Shown here piece by piece: positions 19,657-29,894 of a stretch of 64,000 nt of DNA. The number at the start of each line of letters is the position of its first letter. Within the stretch, counting starts at the first letter, position 1. The notes below the pieces were generated by a model. The model did not search any database and had not been told where the DNA came from. It saw only the letters and a list, made by a program, of their open reading frames with translations. The stretch covers positions 617 to 64,616 of the forward strand of contig JAZSKB010000004.1 in assembly GCA_045534635.1 (NCBI GenBank), written 5' to 3'. The position numbers and the translations under genes were made by a program. This DNA is from Bacteroidales bacterium (GTDB taxonomy: Bacteria; Bacteroidota; Bacteroidia; Bacteroidales; WCHB1-69).

Positions 19657-20799
19657 TTATTGATTTTTTATATTATCCTCATTTACTGTTGTTTCTACTT
19701 TTTGATTCGTGATTTCTGTTACTATATATTCATGGTCTGATAAATGATTATCTGATACTCTATAGTTAAAACTATTCAATGTTTTGTCATATAAAATATA
19801 GTCTATCCTAAAAGATAATATTTTATTTATTTTCATTGTTTTACTAAACCATTTACCACTTTCTACAAAAGCATCTTTTTTATCTTTACTCAATTGTGCA
19901 TAACAATATGACCAAGGAGTATCGTTGAAATCACCACAAATTATAGTTTTATATGGTGATTGTTGAATATGATTTAACAAAACTTGTACTTGCAAAGTTC
20001 TTTTCATCGCTCCATTAATAAATTTTCTTACCAATTGACGACTTCCTTCTTTCAATTCATCAGTAGTAATACTTGATTTATTTATAATTTTATTAGCAAA
20101 AACATAATCTTTATTCGCAAAATGTAAAGATTGCAAATGAACATTATATATTCTTATTGTATCTGCATTAAAAACAATATCTGCATAAATAGCATTATTT
20201 CCTATAGAATTTTCAAAATTTATTTCTCCTTGATTTATAATAGGATACTTACTCATTGTAAGCATTCCATAAGTATGAGGTCCATCTACAACAGAAGTAA
20301 ATTTTTGTAAATATGGTAAGTTTAATTCTTGACGAAGTTGTTCTAAAATAGCATCTTTTCTATCGTAAAATTCTTGCAAACATACAATATCACTATTTTC
20401 TTTTGACAATATTTGTATAATACTATCTTTTGTTGATATTGAATGATTGTCTATACCCATTACATGAACATTGTACGACAATAATTTAAAACTTTCCACT
20501 TTTTCAGGAAGTTTTTCTCCAGACCATTGAAACCATTTGCCTATACTATTGAATCCTATTAAAATAACTATCAATGAAATAAGAGAAAATCTTTTTTGAT
20601 TAAGAAGCCAATAGAACACAAAAATAACATTAACAATCAACAAATAAGGATAAATCAACGATAAAAGGGAAAGATATTTGACTTCTAATGGAGATATTAA
20701 GCTACATAAATAATTTGCCAACAATAATATTGCAAATACTATATTGATAATCAATATTATTGACTTTATAAATGAAATTTTTTCTTTTCCTTTTTTCAT
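19657..20799 (-). CDS. Endonuclease/exonuclease/phosphatase-family membrane protein
   Basis: N-terminal TM helices; EEP motifs LSYNVH, DIVCLQEF, SDHEY. Confidence 0.75.
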   Translation of the reverse strand: MKKGKEKISFIKSIILIINIVFAILLLANYLCSLISPLEVKYLSLLSLIYPYLLIVNVIFVFYWLLNQKRFSLISLIVILIGFNSIGKWFQWSGEKLPEKVESFKLLSYNVHVMGIDNHSISTKDSIIQILSKENSDIVCLQEFYDRKDAILEQLRQELNLPYLQKFTSVVDGPHTYGMLTMSKYPIINQGEINFENSIGNNAIYADIVFNADTIRIYNVHLQSLHFANKDYVFANKIINKSSITTDELKEGSRQLVRKFINGAMKRTLQVQVLLNHIQQSPYKTIICGDFNDTPWSYCYAQLSKDKKDAFVESGKWFSKTMKINKILSFRIDYILYDKTLNSFNYRVSDNHLSDHEYIVTEITNQKVETTVNEDNIKNQ

Positions 20800-20803
20800 G
20801 AAC

Positions 20804-21700
20804 TTACCAATTCTTTTTTTGACTTGTTTTAAATAAAAAATCTTTTTCTTCTTTTGTTAAACTTTGATAACCAGATTTAGCAACCTTATCTAAAATACTA
20901 TCTACATGACGACGATATTCTGCTCTTTCTGCATTATATTGTTCATCTGTTTTTGGTCGCTGACTTTGGAAAGTTGTTTTCGATTGTTTTTCTGTTGAAG
21001 ACTGTATTTTTTGAAAAAATTGAGGACATAAAACATAAGCACAACCAAATAAAACACCTCCTATATGAGCAAAATGACCACCAGAATTTCCATTTGGAAT
21101 ACTCAATATGTCAATAATTAAAAAAAACAACACTATCCATTTTAATTTAACATTGGCAATCCACATATTTATATTCATATTGGGAACTTTACATGCTATT
21201 GCTCCCATAATTGCCATTATCGCTCCGGAGGCTCCTACCGCTACTGAATAATTTTTAACAGACTCAAATACAGGAAAATAATTGTAAGATAAAATATAAA
21301 GTAAATGTCCAACTATTCCTCCTAATAAATAAACAACATAGATTTTTTTGGATTCAAAAAATTGCATAAATATTTGTCCTGCAAAATACAACAATATCAT
21401 ATTAAACAAAATATGAGAAAAATTGGCATGAACAAATAAGCTTGTAATTATTGTCCAAGGACGATATAACAATAATTTCCAATCGGAACTTACTGCTAAA
21501 TAATCCGTTATTGTTTGTATTGAATAAATATTTGTTGCAAACAAAAAATTTAAGATATTTGTCAAAATTCCTACAAACAACAAAACCACATAAACTATTA
21601 TATTTATCGTTATTAATCGACGCAATGGGGTTTTGTATGAAAAAAAATAACGTATTTGTGTTACTATTTCTTTGATAATATTTCCAAAAGTTGATTTCAT
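20804..21700 (-). CDS. Rhomboid-family intramembrane serine protease
   Basis: HANFSHILFNM, GASGAIMA (GxSG) and FAHIGG motifs. Confidence 0.85.
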   Translation of the reverse strand: MKSTFGNIIKEIVTQIRYFFSYKTPLRRLITINIIVYVVLLFVGILTNILNFLFATNIYSIQTITDYLAVSSDWKLLLYRPWTIITSLFVHANFSHILFNMILLYFAGQIFMQFFESKKIYVVYLLGGIVGHLLYILSYNYFPVFESVKNYSVAVGASGAIMAIMGAIACKVPNMNINMWIANVKLKWIVLFFLIIDILSIPNGNSGGHFAHIGGVLFGCAYVLCPQFFQKIQSSTEKQSKTTFQSQRPKTDEQYNAERAEYRRHVDSILDKVAKSGYQSLTKEEKDFLFKTSQKKNW

Positions 21701-21704
21701 CGTT

Positions 21705-22562
21705 TTAATAATAATTTTTTCTTGCTTGTTTTCTCCAATATAATATCAATATCAATCCAAAAATCATTCCTCCAAGATGTGCAAAATGTGCTATACCATC
21801 GGCGGTACCACTAATTCCGTAAAACAATTCTATTGCTCCATAAGCCAATACAAACCATTTCGCTTTTATTGGTATAAAAAAGTATAAGTATATCAAGGTA
21901 TTAGGAAACATCATTCCGTACGCCAACAAAAGACCAAAAACACTTCCTGAGGCTCCTACTATATTTGCATGACTAATATATGCATCTTTATATTCTAATA
22001 AATAACTATTTATATACGATTTAGCATTTGCAACATCTATTCCATTTTGTAATAAGATTACATTTTCTTTAAATCGTTCAAAGCCTTCTTTCATAGTATT
22101 ATTTTCAAAATCTATCATAAACTGATGATTGGCTATAAGATTATTTAATGTTTCGACATCAGGATTTACGATGCAAGCATCTATGTATTTCAAATCGGGT
22201 ATTAACTCCCAAGCTAAAACGCCATAATGCGTCAATGCTGCTCCTATACCTGTCAGAATATAATAAAGCAAAAAACGTTTCGCTCCCCAATAATTTTCTA
22301 TGACAGAACCAAACATCCACAAGGCAAACATATTAAAAAATAAATGTCCGATGTTGCCGTGCATAAACATATATGTAATAAATTGATACGGATAAAATAA
22401 ACTTGATTCAAAATAATGTAATCCCAATAATGTATATAAATCAATGTTAAATTTTTGCATAGCAATTGTTGCCATAAACATTAAAACATTGATAATGATA
22501 ATATTCTTCACTACTGGCGGAAGAATAGAAAACTTCCCTATACTATAATATCCGTTATTCAT
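21705..22562 (-). CDS. Rhomboid-family intramembrane serine protease (paralog)
   Basis: HGNIGHLFFNM, GASGSVFG and FAHLGG motifs. Confidence 0.85.
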   Translation of the reverse strand: MNNGYYSIGKFSILPPVVKNIIIINVLMFMATIAMQKFNIDLYTLLGLHYFESSLFYPYQFITYMFMHGNIGHLFFNMFALWMFGSVIENYWGAKRFLLYYILTGIGAALTHYGVLAWELIPDLKYIDACIVNPDVETLNNLIANHQFMIDFENNTMKEGFERFKENVILLQNGIDVANAKSYINSYLLEYKDAYISHANIVGASGSVFGLLLAYGMMFPNTLIYLYFFIPIKAKWFVLAYGAIELFYGISGTADGIAHFAHLGGMIFGLILILYWRKQARKNYY

Positions 22563-22793
22563 TTTTATACAATTAGTTATTTATTAACGATTGTTTTGCT
22601 TATTATTGTATTTATAAAAAGAAATATTCTATAAAAATTTCATTTTTTGTATTTTTGGAAAAATCAATATCCTGTGAATTTTGATAAATAACTTCAATAC
22701 TTATTTGTTCTTTTTTTTGTTTTGTTTTGTACTTCACATTTTAGGGAAAGAAGCAAAACTTCAAGTTTTTTTCATAATTACAAAAAATTCTTT

Positions 22794-23240
22794 TTAGTTC
22801 ATTTTGAAAAAATAAAAAATTAGTTTAATTGTTTCTTCTTTCTTCTTTCTTAAATAGTGAAAATATGATATTCCTATTAATCCATAATAAAAAAATGGTT
22901 TACAAGGATATATATAATAAAAAATATTTGATTGCTGTTCTTTTGTATAAAAAGAAGATGTTCCTAGAAAATATCTTTCTGGTAAATTAAAGAAATTTAT
23001 AATAATAGGTAATAAAAGAATACTTAATAATACCCATAATTTTATTGGAGGAAGTTTCTTCATATAAAGAAACAACAACAATAATCCAATTATAAGCAAT
23101 AAAAGCAAAATAAGAACTAAATAAATATTTGCTTTTAATAGTAACAATAAACTCGTAATTAAATCACATAAAATATTACAACTTTTAAAAAAAAGAATAT
23201 AAAATAAAATACCATAATAAAAATCAAGATTCTTTTCCAT
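22794..23240 (-). CDS. Hypothetical membrane protein
   Basis: 148-aa Leu/Ile-rich ORF with no recognisable motif. Very AT-rich. Confidence 0.4.
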   Translation of the reverse strand: MEKNLDFYYGILFYILFFKSCNILCDLITSLLLLLKANIYLVLILLLLLIIGLLLLFLYMKKLPPIKLWVLLSILLLPIIINFFNLPERYFLGTSSFYTKEQQSNIFYYIYPCKPFFYYGLIGISYFHYLRKKKEETIKLIFYFFKMN

Positions 23241-23305
23241 TTTTATATAAGATTAAAATAAACGACACTTTTTTTTATTTTGATTTCTTAATTTAATTAT
23301 TTGTT

Positions 23306-23398
23306 CCTCAAAACAATACACTAAAAACAGTCCATAACACTACTGTTTATCAGATAGTTATAATCGATTTTTTTGATATGTTTTTTATAAACTGTCAT
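23306..23398 (+). repeat. Dispersed intergenic repeat, copy D (segment 1 only)
   Basis: CCTCAAAACAATACACTAAAAA...CTACTGTTTATCAGATAG...TTTTTTATAAACTGTCAT aligns to segment 1 of copies A, B, F and G. Confidence 0.85.
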
Positions 23399-23415
23399 AT
23401 ATCGTTATAAAGAAA

Positions 23416-26400
23416 TTATTTTACATTGATACGAATACCTTCGCTATGTGAAGTAAATTCAGGAGCATACATACATTGAATAGTAGTGATACCATTAGAA
23501 AATTGCCCTTTTTGTGTAGCGATAAGAGTATATTCAAAAACATAAGTTCCTTTTGGTAAATATTCAATAAAAAAATTAGTTGCAACATCGCGTGTAGATT
23601 CATAATACATTAAACCTCCTTGATAGCGGTATACAGAAAGAATATTAGTAGGTTCAAAACAAGAGGCTCGCATATCTTTAAGATGAACATATTCCATATC
23701 TCTATCGGTAGAAATAACAATTCTTACTTTTATTTTATCACCAACAGCAATAGTATTATTATTTTTAATTTCAGATAAATGTTCTCCTCTATCGTTAAAA
23801 ATGATTTTATAAAGTTGTTTATTTATTGCTAAAGAAGTTTTTGCAGAAGAAATTTTATCTAAATTTTCAAAATATTGCCAAAAACAACTTCCCCAACTTG
23901 TACCATTATCAATTTGTTGTAAAGAAATATTTCCCATATCGGGTGTTATTTCATCGTTATTCCAAGACATTTTGAAGTATCCTGTTCCACTTTCGATAGA
24001 GGAAATTGTATCACTATAAATAATTTGTTCTCCAATAGTGATTTTAGTTTTGTGCAATTTGCTAAGATTGTTGTTACCACGTAATAGCAAAGCATAACAA
24101 GCAGCGGTTGTTGATTTGGTACTTCCCCAATTTTGAGATTGACGTTGTTTGAGTAACCACAATTGCATTTTTGCAACGCTTTCACTATCTTTGGAAATGG
24201 TTTCAAATGCTTCTATCATTAGGGCTTGACGTTCTATTGGTGCTTCGTACCAATACCAACCTAAACCTTCTTTATGCCACCACATTCCCATTTCATCGGA
24301 ATATTGTGCTTTGGATTTAATGGAAGTGATTATTTTTTCAGCAGTAATTTTATCGCCTGAACGATAAAGACTCAAAGCGATAAGTGTTTGTCCATATAGA
24401 TTTTTTTCTGTCCAATATTTTTGTGCTTGATTTATACAGAAATCAAACATTTTTTTATTTTTTTCTGCTATTGGAAATTGTTCAAAGAAAAAACTTCTTG
24501 CGTAGAGGTATTGTGTAACGTTGTAAGAAAGAAAATTATCGGAAATAGAACGATTTTTTAGCGAATCGTACCATTTTTGCATACTATTATCAATAAATTG
24601 TATTGCTTTTCGAAGAGTATTGGCATTTAGATTTTCGGAAATATTCATTGTTTGAAGATGACCACAACCGCTTACAATATGGCTGGTAATGAAAAAATTG
24701 GAACGATACCCTCCTGAAAACCAAGACCAACCTCCATCGTTTCTTTGTCCTTTTTCTAATGCTTTTTGGGCTTTATTCAATTCGAGATTAATTCTTTTTG
24801 TATCAAATAAATTAGAAATACGTTGTTTATTTTCTTTTTCCGATTGTGCTTCCAAAAGCCAAGGAGAATTTTCAATAGCAATATTTTTCAATTCGCTATT
24901 TTTTTCTAAATTAGACAAAAAAGCATTACTATCTTCTTGTTGCCATTGCATAAAAACAGCTTTAATTTCTGGAGAAGAATTAACAATTGTAGATGCTATT
25001 GTATTGGCATATAGGCGACTAAATATTTGTTCGTAACATTCGTACGGATATTCTATTAGATAAGGAAGCGATTGTAAAGCATACCATAAAGGATTTGCGG
25101 TAAATTCAAAAGTGAATTTGTAATTAGAAAGAGTATTATTACTGTCTGTCAAATGTTTATAGGCTTGTTTAAATTTATCAAAAGTAAAAGTTTTAGTTTG
25201 TCCTTTGTTTACATAAATGGGCATAGTTTCGGTAACTAACATTCGGTTTGATAAAATAGGCAATATTTTTTGTTCTCCGTCGCTATGTATATCGCTAATT
25301 GCCATTGTTTTACAATTAATAGCACCAATTTCATGAGGAATAATGAGTGTAAAACTTACAATATCGCTTTCTCCTTTGGAAAGATTGAAAGTATCTTTGT
25401 TTACTTGATAAATAATATCAAGAGGTTTGTTATCAATGGAATTAGAAATTTGCAATGAAACATGTCCCGCAATTTTTTTTACACTCATATTGACAACTTT
25501 AGCAGTAAAAATTATTGTATCTCCTTCACGTAAGAAACGAGGATAATTAACAACTAACATCAAATCTTTTTGGGTTTGTATAAATTGTTCAAACAAGCCA
25601 TAGTAAAGATTTTGATTATGAGCGATACCATGCATTTTCCATTTAGTAAGAGATTCTGGCATTGTGGCTGAAAATATTATATTGCCATTGCTATCACTTT
25701 GTAAATGAGGATAAAAAAAGGCTGTTTCATTAAAATTAGAACGTAAATTTGGTAGTACTGATTTCGTTATAGATGCTTCTTCTTTAACAGAAACTTCTTC
25801 TTTAACAGATACTATAGAAAGAACATTTTCGTCATCAACCATTCCTATTTTCTTAGCATTTCTTGGTCTAACATTGTTTTTCATTGTTCCCGCACAACAT
25901 ATTGGATATTTAAAACTAATATTAGAAGGTTTATTTATCCATTGGGGAGATAAAATATTTATCAAAGGATTGTGATTTTTTTCAAAAAATCTAGACCTAA
26001 TAGTCTCATGATTAAAATCTTTGTAATCAAAATATGTATAATGAAATCCGTCTATAATAGGAAGAGAAAAATTATAATTGTGTTTGACAAATGCATCCAA
26101 AGAGGCATCGTACATATTGCAAAGCAATTCTGCAACAATAGGTTTACCTTCCGCATTTTTTATTTTGAAATGCCATTGTTCTTTTTCTCCGGGCTGTAAA
26201 TAATTTCTAAATGTAACATATTCAAAATAAATATTTTTATTTGTTTCTTGTACACTTATTTTTTTTGTTTGATTATAAAAATGATTGTGTTGATGAACAA
26301 AAATATTGCAGTGTAAATATCCCAAATGTTCTTTTTTTATTGGAAAATCAAAGTGTATTTGTCCTTTGTTTATCATTTTATGCTCTTGATAGATAATAGA

Positions 26401-29274
26401 ATCGTTGCAAGTAAATTCAAAATGAATAACAACATCTTCCAAATAAGAACCATAAACTATATGTAATGTATCACCAATATAAATGGTTGTTTTATCAACA
26501 TCAAGAAAAATAGGTTCATAACGGGTACAATTGTTAGATTCTGCATCGTTTAATGAAAAAATATGTTGATTGGTAACTTCTTGATTAAAAGTATCTTTTG
26601 CGGTAAGCGTAATACGATAGTACCCTAAATGTTTTTTGTTAAAAATTTTACGTAAATCAAGAAAAGATGTATCATTTGTGAAAAGAGAACCTTCTAATAT
26701 TTTATTTCCTTTCCAATTTTCTGGAAGATGATTATTTTTATAAGAAAGATAAGGGAAGTTTTTGCGATATTCTTTTTCTGTAAAATTCTCTACATCAGGA
26801 ATTGGAAACATATCTCTTGAATGGTAATAAATAGATGGAACTTCCAATCGTTCTATTGAATAATGTACAAGTGTATTTTGATTTTCACCACTTAAATTGG
26901 TAGTTTGCAAAGAAAAAGATTGTTTTGATTGGTGAATATCATTATTTTCTGGAATATCTAAATGAATATATAAACTTTTGCTTCCAACATAAACCGCTGT
27001 TGAACAAGAATGTGTTTCTCCAGAAATATCAGTGACATCTGCAAAAATAATATATTGATAAACAGGGAAATAATTTCTATCTTCTATTGAAGATTCTGCA
27101 ATAAAAGTTAATTCAAATTCACCGTTGTCATTTGTGGTAGTTTCTCCTTGAACTATTTCTTTTGTTGTCATATTGTTCCACCAACGACAATAAGGAAATT
27201 TACTATGCCGAACAATGTGATATGTTACTTTAGCATTATCGATAGCGTAACCAGAGTACGCCGTACATTCTCCTTTAATTGTTATAGATTGGTCTAATTT
27301 AAAGCAAGCTTTAGGTTGATTGATTTTTACTTCAAAATTAGGTCGTTTGTATTCTTCAACAGAAAAATAAGTCCTTTCATAATATCCTTTAGAATTGACA
27401 ATTCCCAAACTAAAAGTGCCTGTATTGCCTGTTGAAGGAAGCGTAAAATTACCAGAAAAAGAACCATATTGATTGGTGGTAACTTTTATAGAATCTATGG
27501 CTTGATAATTTGCATCGTAAAGCATTATTTGATAGTTTGTGTTAGAAAGAACACTATGATTTGAATCAGATTTTACTGCAATACCCTTGAAATACACTTG
27601 CTGACCGGGACGATAAATTTGTCTATCAGTAAAAAAATAAACTTTTTGAAAAGATGAAGTTTTGTCATTATAATTACTATAAAAGTAATCATCAAAAGAA
27701 AATTTTTCATTTTTATAAGAAACATGTATAGTTCCTATTCTACTATATTTCAAGATATTGTTAAAATATGCATATCCATTTTTATCTGTTCTTTTTAATT
27801 GGATAGATTTATTTTTTTGCATTTCAATTTTTATGGTTGCATTTTCTAAAGGATAACCTGTCTGTCTATCAAAAACATAATAAATTAAATCTGCATTTTT
27901 ACTATTATAAACAAAGTCAATGTTATTAACAAGAATTTTTATTATTGCACAAGTACTACCAATTTTCATTGTATCTTGCATTTCAGAAAAAGGACGATTG
28001 GAATACCACATTATATAATGTCCTGATTCCATTGCAGGAAAAATAGCATCAAAAGTTTTGGGACGATAGTCATATTTGTTGTGAGCACAAATTGTAAATG
28101 TTTTTGCAACAGATAATTTTTTGAGAAATTTTATCGGAGAAGTTTTTTTCATTTCATCAAAAGTAGATTCATCTACGGCAAACAATTGAATGTAAATAGA
28201 ATCGCAATTGGTACTAACAAAAGACATTAGCCCTATTTGATTTGGAATATAAGTTTCTGATAATGTTGCAGTTATAGATGATTTTTTTATTTCTTGTATT
28301 TTGTTTTTTGCATTTATCGCAGAATAAGAATTAGGGGCAAACTCAATTGCTTTTTCATACCATTCTATTGCAATTTTATAATCATTGTAATATTCGGGAA
28401 AATTTATAGTATCGTATTTTTCCCCTCTTTTTTGGTAATAATCTCCTAAAACATAACAAATTTGTTCATATCCTTTTTGATTTTGATAGTTATTTTCTAA
28501 ATTATTTAAAGCATTGAAATACAATTCTTTTTTATTTGATAACGTACATTTTGTTTGTAAATAGTTCAATCGTAAAAGTGCGATATATATTTGTAATTCA
28601 GAAGATTGCTCTTGATAAAATGATGTCAATGTTTGTAAAATTTTTAAAGCTTGATAACTAAAAGACAGTGTATCTGATGTATTGATTGATATTTTAGCAA
28701 ATATTTGATTATCAGAAAAAAAACAAGTATCATTTATATCAAAAGGACGAATAGGAATAGGCATTTCGTCTATAGTTTGATTGTAAAATTGTATCGCAAG
28801 ACAAGCCAATGCTTCGTATAAAGAAGAATAGTACATTATAGAAAAACTGTCTAAATGAGTAAATAATTTTTGATATTGTTCATAAGGAATTTGAACAAGA
28901 GAATCCTTGTCTTTTAATGATAGTTCATAGTGCATAACAATTTGTTCTACAATAGTTTGAATATCCCATTCGTGAAGAGATTTTTCCAAAATATTAGTAT
29001 TTTCTATTTTGCTAATAAATAGCATTTTATAAATGTTTTCTTTGTAAAAATTTTCCAAAAACAAAGCCATATAACTATGCCAAAGTGCTTTTTCAGAAAT
29101 ATTTCCTGTATTGATACAATTTTGAATGTAAGAATATGCGGAATCGTAAAAATTATCGTATTTTTTTAGAGAATTAATGTGTTCTTGTTGAGCAAAAATA
29201 TTTTGAGTATTCGATTGAGCAAAAAGACAACTATTGCATACAAATAATATTATGATAAATATAACTTTCTTCAT
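23416..29274 (-). CDS. Alpha-2-macroglobulin family protein with thioester motif
   Basis: About 1950 aa. YPYECYEQ (CxEQ thioester, codons at 25027-25038). I use the start at M12 (ATG 29274) because the track ATG overlaps the -7 box. N-terminal signal peptide. Confidence 0.85.
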   Translation of the reverse strand: MKKVIFIIILFVCNSCLFAQSNTQNIFAQQEHINSLKKYDNFYDSAYSYIQNCINTGNISEKALWHSYMALFLENFYKENIYKMLFISKIENTNILEKSLHEWDIQTIVEQIVMHYELSLKDKDSLVQIPYEQYQKLFTHLDSFSIMYYSSLYEALACLAIQFYNQTIDEMPIPIRPFDINDTCFFSDNQIFAKISINTSDTLSFSYQALKILQTLTSFYQEQSSELQIYIALLRLNYLQTKCTLSNKKELYFNALNNLENNYQNQKGYEQICYVLGDYYQKRGEKYDTINFPEYYNDYKIAIEWYEKAIEFAPNSYSAINAKNKIQEIKKSSITATLSETYIPNQIGLMSFVSTNCDSIYIQLFAVDESTFDEMKKTSPIKFLKKLSVAKTFTICAHNKYDYRPKTFDAIFPAMESGHYIMWYSNRPFSEMQDTMKIGSTCAIIKILVNNIDFVYNSKNADLIYYVFDRQTGYPLENATIKIEMQKNKSIQLKRTDKNGYAYFNNILKYSRIGTIHVSYKNEKFSFDDYFYSNYNDKTSSFQKVYFFTDRQIYRPGQQVYFKGIAVKSDSNHSVLSNTNYQIMLYDANYQAIDSIKVTTNQYGSFSGNFTLPSTGNTGTFSLGIVNSKGYYERTYFSVEEYKRPNFEVKINQPKACFKLDQSITIKGECTAYSGYAIDNAKVTYHIVRHSKFPYCRWWNNMTTKEIVQGETTTNDNGEFELTFIAESSIEDRNYFPVYQYIIFADVTDISGETHSCSTAVYVGSKSLYIHLDIPENNDIHQSKQSFSLQTTNLSGENQNTLVHYSIERLEVPSIYYHSRDMFPIPDVENFTEKEYRKNFPYLSYKNNHLPENWKGNKILEGSLFTNDTSFLDLRKIFNKKHLGYYRITLTAKDTFNQEVTNQHIFSLNDAESNNCTRYEPIFLDVDKTTIYIGDTLHIVYGSYLEDVVIHFEFTCNDSIIYQEHKMINKGQIHFDFPIKKEHLGYLHCNIFVHQHNHFYNQTKKISVQETNKNIYFEYVTFRNYLQPGEKEQWHFKIKNAEGKPIVAELLCNMYDASLDAFVKHNYNFSLPIIDGFHYTYFDYKDFNHETIRSRFFEKNHNPLINILSPQWINKPSNISFKYPICCAGTMKNNVRPRNAKKIGMVDDENVLSIVSVKEEVSVKEEASITKSVLPNLRSNFNETAFFYPHLQSDSNGNIIFSATMPESLTKWKMHGIAHNQNLYYGLFEQFIQTQKDLMLVVNYPRFLREGDTIIFTAKVVNMSVKKIAGHVSLQISNSIDNKPLDIIYQVNKDTFNLSKGESDIVSFTLIIPHEIGAINCKTMAISDIHSDGEQKILPILSNRMLVTETMPIYVNKGQTKTFTFDKFKQAYKHLTDSNNTLSNYKFTFEFTANPLWYALQSLPYLIEYPYECYEQIFSRLYANTIASTIVNSSPEIKAVFMQWQQEDSNAFLSNLEKNSELKNIAIENSPWLLEAQSEKENKQRISNLFDTKRINLELNKAQKALEKGQRNDGGWSWFSGGYRSNFFITSHIVSGCGHLQTMNISENLNANTLRKAIQFIDNSMQKWYDSLKNRSISDNFLSYNVTQYLYARSFFFEQFPIAEKNKKMFDFCINQAQKYWTEKNLYGQTLIALSLYRSGDKITAEKIITSIKSKAQYSDEMGMWWHKEGLGWYWYEAPIERQALMIEAFETISKDSESVAKMQLWLLKQRQSQNWGSTKSTTAACYALLLRGNNNLSKLHKTKITIGEQIIYSDTISSIESGTGYFKMSWNNDEITPDMGNISLQQIDNGTSWGSCFWQYFENLDKISSAKTSLAINKQLYKIIFNDRGEHLSEIKNNNTIAVGDKIKVRIVISTDRDMEYVHLKDMRASCFEPTNILSVYRYQGGLMYYESTRDVATNFFIEYLPKGTYVFEYTLIATQKGQFSNGITTIQCMYAPEFTSHSEGIRINVK

Positions 29275-29295
29275 AAGTATCCTTTTTATTTTTTG

Positions 29296-29303
29296 CAAAA
29301 ATA
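29296..29303 (-). promoter_or_regulatory. -7 promoter box TATTTTTG (A2M)
   Basis: TAnnTTTG match on the minus strand, 22 nt upstream of ATG 29274. Confidence 0.55.
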
Positions 29304-29542
29304 TCATTTTTTACAGAAACCGTAAAATGTTTTGCAAATTTTTTCTTGAAAGCATATCTCCTTTACATGTTTACAACCCACCAAAATCAAAAATATCATA
29401 CTTTTTAGAATAAAATATTACATGGTTTGGTAGTGAATTAGAAATTTATAAATTATATTACGTTTTTTTCGCATATAAATACCTTCAATGCGGGTGGATT
29501 GTATATGAGTAAGATGTGAGCCATGGTTTTTCGTTCATTAAC

Positions 29543-29887
29543 GGGTCTCTGCTGGTAAATGTAGGAGACTTGTTATTACGAGCCTCAAAACAATACACTA
29601 TAAAATATCCATTAATACTACTGTCTATCAGGTAGTTATAAGTATTTTTTGTGTGTTTTTTATAAACTCTCATTTTTTAGCATATTGTTATTATTCAACG
29701 TTTTATACACAACAAATATTGTACCAAAGTGGTCAATTTTTGATAAAAAAATGAAAAAAATTTTTTGTAAAGTTTAAAACTTTCCTGAATTTATTTAATA
29801 TGTTGATTTTCAGTAAGAAAGGTTTGTGTTGTTTTTTCAAGTGTTCATGGTGTGTACTATTAGGTTTCTTTTGATTATAAATTCAAC
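29543..29887 (+). repeat. Dispersed intergenic repeat, copy B (segments 1-3, diverged 4)
   Basis: Aligns with the reverse complement of copy A along its length, and with copy G over about 190 nt (about 11 substitutions plus one 3-nt indel by hand count). Confidence 0.9.
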
Positions 29888-29894
29888 AAAAAAA

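Noticed and set aside
25786-25815. Tandem 15-nt duplication, considered as a mini-array or CRISPR-like repeat
   Set aside because: It lies inside the A2M coding sequence, has only two units, and simply encodes VSVKEE twice. No CRISPR array exists anywhere in the window.
29274-29307. Longer N-termini given by the ORF track (A2M, LRR, TPR, hflX, lpxD, perR, MFS, transketolase, rsmI)
   Set aside because: The extra codons begin at a TTG or GTG (an ATG in the case of A2M) inside or next to the TAnnTTTG promoter box and precede obvious signal peptides or conserved N-termini. I trimmed them to the first downstream ATG.
29543-29887. Repeat copies as diversity-generating-retroelement template/variable repeats
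   Set aside because: Differences between copies are not adenine-specific, no reverse transcriptase gene is in the window, and all copies are intergenic.
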